The notes beneath the pieces are model-generated. The model was not told the DNA's origin. It saw nothing but the letters and a program-made list of their open reading frames with translations, and did not search any database. A stretch of DNA of 37,187 nucleotides from Octopus bimaculoides (Eukaryota). The stretch is taken from contig NC_069002.1 of the NCBI RefSeq assembly GCF_001194135.2, forward strand, positions 3,151,557-3,188,743. The letters are read 5' to 3'. The position numbers and the translations under genes were made by a program. How positions within the stretch are numbered: position 1 is the stretch's first letter; every line of letters begins with the position of its first letter. Of this stretch, positions 34,227 through 37,187 are shown piece by piece.

Positions 34227-35776
34227 NNNNNNNNNNNNNNNNNNNNNNNNNNNNNNNNNNNNNNNNNNNNNNNNNNNNNNNNNNNNNNNNNNNNNNNNNN
34301 NNNNNNNNNNNNNNNNNNNNNNNNNNNNNNNNNNNNNNNNNNNNNNNNNNNNNNNNNNNNNNNNNNNNNNNNNNNNNNNNNNNNNNNNNNNNNNNNNNNN
34401 NNNNNNNNNNNNNNNNNNNNNNNNNNNNNNNNNNNNNNNNNNNNNNNNNNNNNNNNNNNNNNNNNNNNNNNNNNNNNNNNNNNNNNNNNNNNNNNNNNNN
34501 NNNNNNNNNNNNNNNNNNNNNNNNNNNNNNNNNNNNNNNNNNNNNNNNNNNNNNNNNNNNNNNNNNNNNNNNNNNNNNNNNNNNNNNNNNNNNNNNNNNN
34601 NNNNNNNNNNNNNNNNNNNNNNNNNNNNNNNNNNNNNNNNNNNNNNNNNNNNNNNNNNNNNNNNNNNNNNNNNNNNNNNNNNNNNNNNNNNNNNNNNNNN
34701 NNNNNNNNNNNNNNNNNNNNNNNNNNNNNNNNNNNNNNNNNNNNNNNNNNNNNNNNNNNNNNNNNNNNNNNNNNNNNNNNNNNNNNNNNNNNNNNNNNNN
34801 NNNNNNNNNNNNNNNNNNNNNNNNNNNNNNNNNNNNNNNNNNNNNNNNNNNNNNNNNNNNNNNNNNNNNNNNNNNNNNNNNNNNNNNNNNNNNNNNNNNN
34901 NNNNNNNNNNNNNNNNNNNNNNNNNNNNNNNNNNNNNNNNNNNNNNNNNNNNNNNNNNNNNNNNNNNNNNNNNNNNNNNNNNNNNNNNNNNNNNNNNNNN
35001 NNNNNNNNNNNNNNNNNNNNNNNNNNNNNNNNNNNNNNNNNNNNNNNNNNNNNNNNNNNNNNNNNNNNNNNNNNNNNNNNNNNNNNNNNNNNNNNNNNNN
35101 NNNNNNNNNNNNNNNNNNNNNNNNNNNNNNNNNNNNNNNNNNNNNNNNNNNNNNNNNNNNNNNNNNNNNNNNNNNNNNNNNNNNNNNNNNNNNNNNNNNN
35201 NNNNNNNNNNNNNATATATATAAATACACACGCACACATATATATATACATATATACATATTTATACATATATATATATATACATATATATATATATGTG
35301 TGTGTATTTATATATTTGTGTGCATATATGTGTGTTTGTGTGTGTATTTATATACGTATCTTTTTATTTATGTATTTTTCGTATCTTTTTTTGCGCTCAT
35401 TTTTATGTATGTGTGTTTGATGTGGTCTTTTCCTTTAGTTTCTCTTTCTACCCCATTCTGTATTCCATTTTTTTTTTTCCTGTTATGAGATTTATTCTTT
35501 CAATCCAACACGAATATATTTTCCACGTGTGTTGTTGGGAGTGCTGAATTTTGTGGTTTCACTTTTATTTTATATTTTTTTGTTTTTATGTTTGTTTTGT
35601 TTTTGTTTTTTTCTTTTTTGGTGCTGGGAAGGAATATTTTTCTGTCGTTTGTATTTCTTCAACGTATGTTTTTTTAAATTTTATTATAATTATTTTTATT
35701 ATCATTACAACACCGGCTTTGTAATATCCTCCACTCGTCACCTCTGTTGGGAAATGAAAGACCCGCTGATTATAAA

Positions 35777-35835
<59 letters not shown>

Positions 35836-35957
35836 CAGAAGCAGCAGCAATGGTATTGATGATGGTGGGGGAGTGGTAGTAATGGTGGTGGTGGTGGTGG
35901 CATTAGTAGTAGCAGCACCAATGTTATCAGTAGTATATTACAGAAGCAGCAGCAATG

Positions 35958-36024
<67 letters not shown>

Positions 36025-36040
36025 TAGTAGTGGGGAGTGG

Positions 36041-36250
36041 AGGCGGCAAGCTAGCGATGGAAAAAAAAAAAGGAAAGACTTTGGAATATTTCTTCCGGCT
36101 TTTTACTAATTCTTCCGGTTCTGAGTTCAGATTCTACCGAGGTCAACTTTACCTTTTCATTCTTTCGCAGTCGAGAAAATAAAGTACCAATCAAGTACAT
36201 TGGTCCTTATAAGCGACTTAACTCTTCACCTTGTGCCAAAATTAGAAAGA

Positions 36251-36258
<8 letters not shown>
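36041..36258 (+). mobile_element. SINE family A, degenerate copy ending in (ATT)n
   Basis: GGCGGCAAGCTAGC..GTTCTGAGTTCAGATTCTACCGAGGTCAACTTTACC..AAAATAAAGTACCA..CCTTGTGCCAAAATTAGAAAGAATTATT. Confidence 0.7.
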
Positions 36259-36297
<39 letters not shown>

Positions 36298-36673
36298 CAT
36301 TATTATTATTATTATTAAGCAAAAAGTACCTCCACAGATTCACCGTTCTTGATAACTGTTTTTGCAGAAAAGGCACAATGAGCACCGATCCATTCCATAA
36401 TTGTAACCGAGAAAAAACGATGAAACATTAACTATATGAAAAAAACTGGTATCATTTTTCGAACTGCAGAAGCGCCACAACAATAGTCGTGTAAAATATG
36501 GGAGATTTTTCTGTCTCACTCTATATTACGAAAGCATTCTATGATTGACAAGCTTTTATTCTTTAACTGAAGTTAAAATACTTTCCTTACTCAAAAAATA
36601 ATAGGATCAAGGCTTTTTCTTACTAAACTATGCTTAAATCTGTTTTATGTGGAGTTCATTAACATACACTTAC

Positions 36674-36790
36674 GGTGACTCGCGAAATTAATCTTGTGAT
36701 CCTTGAGTGTGAAGTGAGGTGGACAGGGGAGGCAACGAGTCTAACATCTGATCTATTTTGAATGTAGACGCCATTATTTTGGTCTCTAAG
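36674..36790 (-). other. Probable 117-nt internal exon (UTR, or coding LRDQNNGVYIQNRSDVRLVASPVHLTSHSRITRLISRVT)
   Basis: Branch-like CTAAT followed by GTTACTACTTTTACCTTTTAG acceptor, and a consensus donor ACC|GTAAGT. One frame is open; an out-of-frame ATGGCG ORF ends inside the exon. Confidence 0.5.
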
Positions 36791-36973
36791 CTAAAAGGTA
36801 AAAGTAGTAACATTAGATTGCGCGTGCGTGTGTGTTTGTTTGTGTGTATGTGCGTGTGTATCTGTGCGTTTGGTTGTGTGTGTGTTTGTGTGAGTGTGTA
36901 AGTGTGTACATACGCACGTGTGCATAGATAGAAAGATAGAAAGATTGACAGACATACAGACAGACAAACAGAC

Positions 36974-37006
<33 letters not shown>

Positions 37007-37187
37007 CGTACATAGATGCATACATACATACATACATACAAACATACATACATACATAGACAGATGTTATTCGATAACAATCTTCAGTAAACATCTTCAT
37101 ATAAACTAATAAAGATTTTTTTTTTCATCTTTTCAGAACTAATATATATATTAACAAGATTGATAAAAAAAATAAAAAAGAATATTC

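Larger units (their letters stand above)
1..37187. repeat. Pervasive microsatellites: (TA)n, (CA)n, (GA)n, (GATA)n, (GACA)n, (AAT)n, (GAT)n, (CAG/CAA)n, (TAG)n, (GAAA)n
   Basis: Examples: 716-768 (CT), 4140-4270 (GACA), 9950-10050, 10290-10580, 11320-11400, 20602-20672, 25349-25403, 30198-30260, 35778-36018. Nearly all 11 N gaps abut such tracts. Confidence 0.98.

Noticed and set aside
645-35269. Long ORFs in the track containing X runs or YI/CV/HT/ER/poly-N repeats
   Set aside because: They are produced by N gaps and microsatellites that lack stop codons.
36664-36745. Plus-strand TVTREINLVILECEV, Ig-like wording with a GTGAGG donor
   Set aside because: In-frame stop just upstream and no acceptor; the minus-strand exon has much better signals.
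1-37187. CRISPR arrays, operons, rRNA genes
   Set aside because: No regularly spaced repeat-spacer structure, no prokaryotic gene density, and no rRNA-like sequence.

Overview
AT-rich animal DNA with no intact long ORF. About 5.8 kb is N, in 11 assembly gaps, nearly all bordered by microsatellites, so every long X-containing or low-complexity ORF in the track is an artefact. The repeat content looks like an Octopus/coleoid cephalopod genome; this is my inference from remembered repeat families, not a search result. The window holds three tRNA-headed SINE-like families (labelled A, B, C here; more than 20 copies or fragments), two copies of a ~210 bp mariner-type MITE, and decayed reverse-transcriptase-ORF relics from four retroelement clades (RTE/BovB-like x2, R4/Dong-like, L1/Tx1-like, Penelope-like x2). 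Splice signals suggest an unidentified minus-strand host gene (candidate exons near 36.7, 32.5, 32.3, 2.35 and 2.2 kb), plus a GC-richer exon-like block at 6.3-6.45 kb whose strand is ambiguous. The most unusual signal is a minimal type I hammerhead-ribozyme-like motif at 9143-9210, of the kind known from Penelope-like elements, apparently slightly decayed. Other notable signals are a perfect 21-bp inverted repeat around a (TA)-rich loop, a perfect 22-bp palindrome, cleanly nested insertions that give the order of events, and evidence that retroelements seed microsatellites. Relic and SINE boundaries were read by eye and are approximate to about 10-20 bp.
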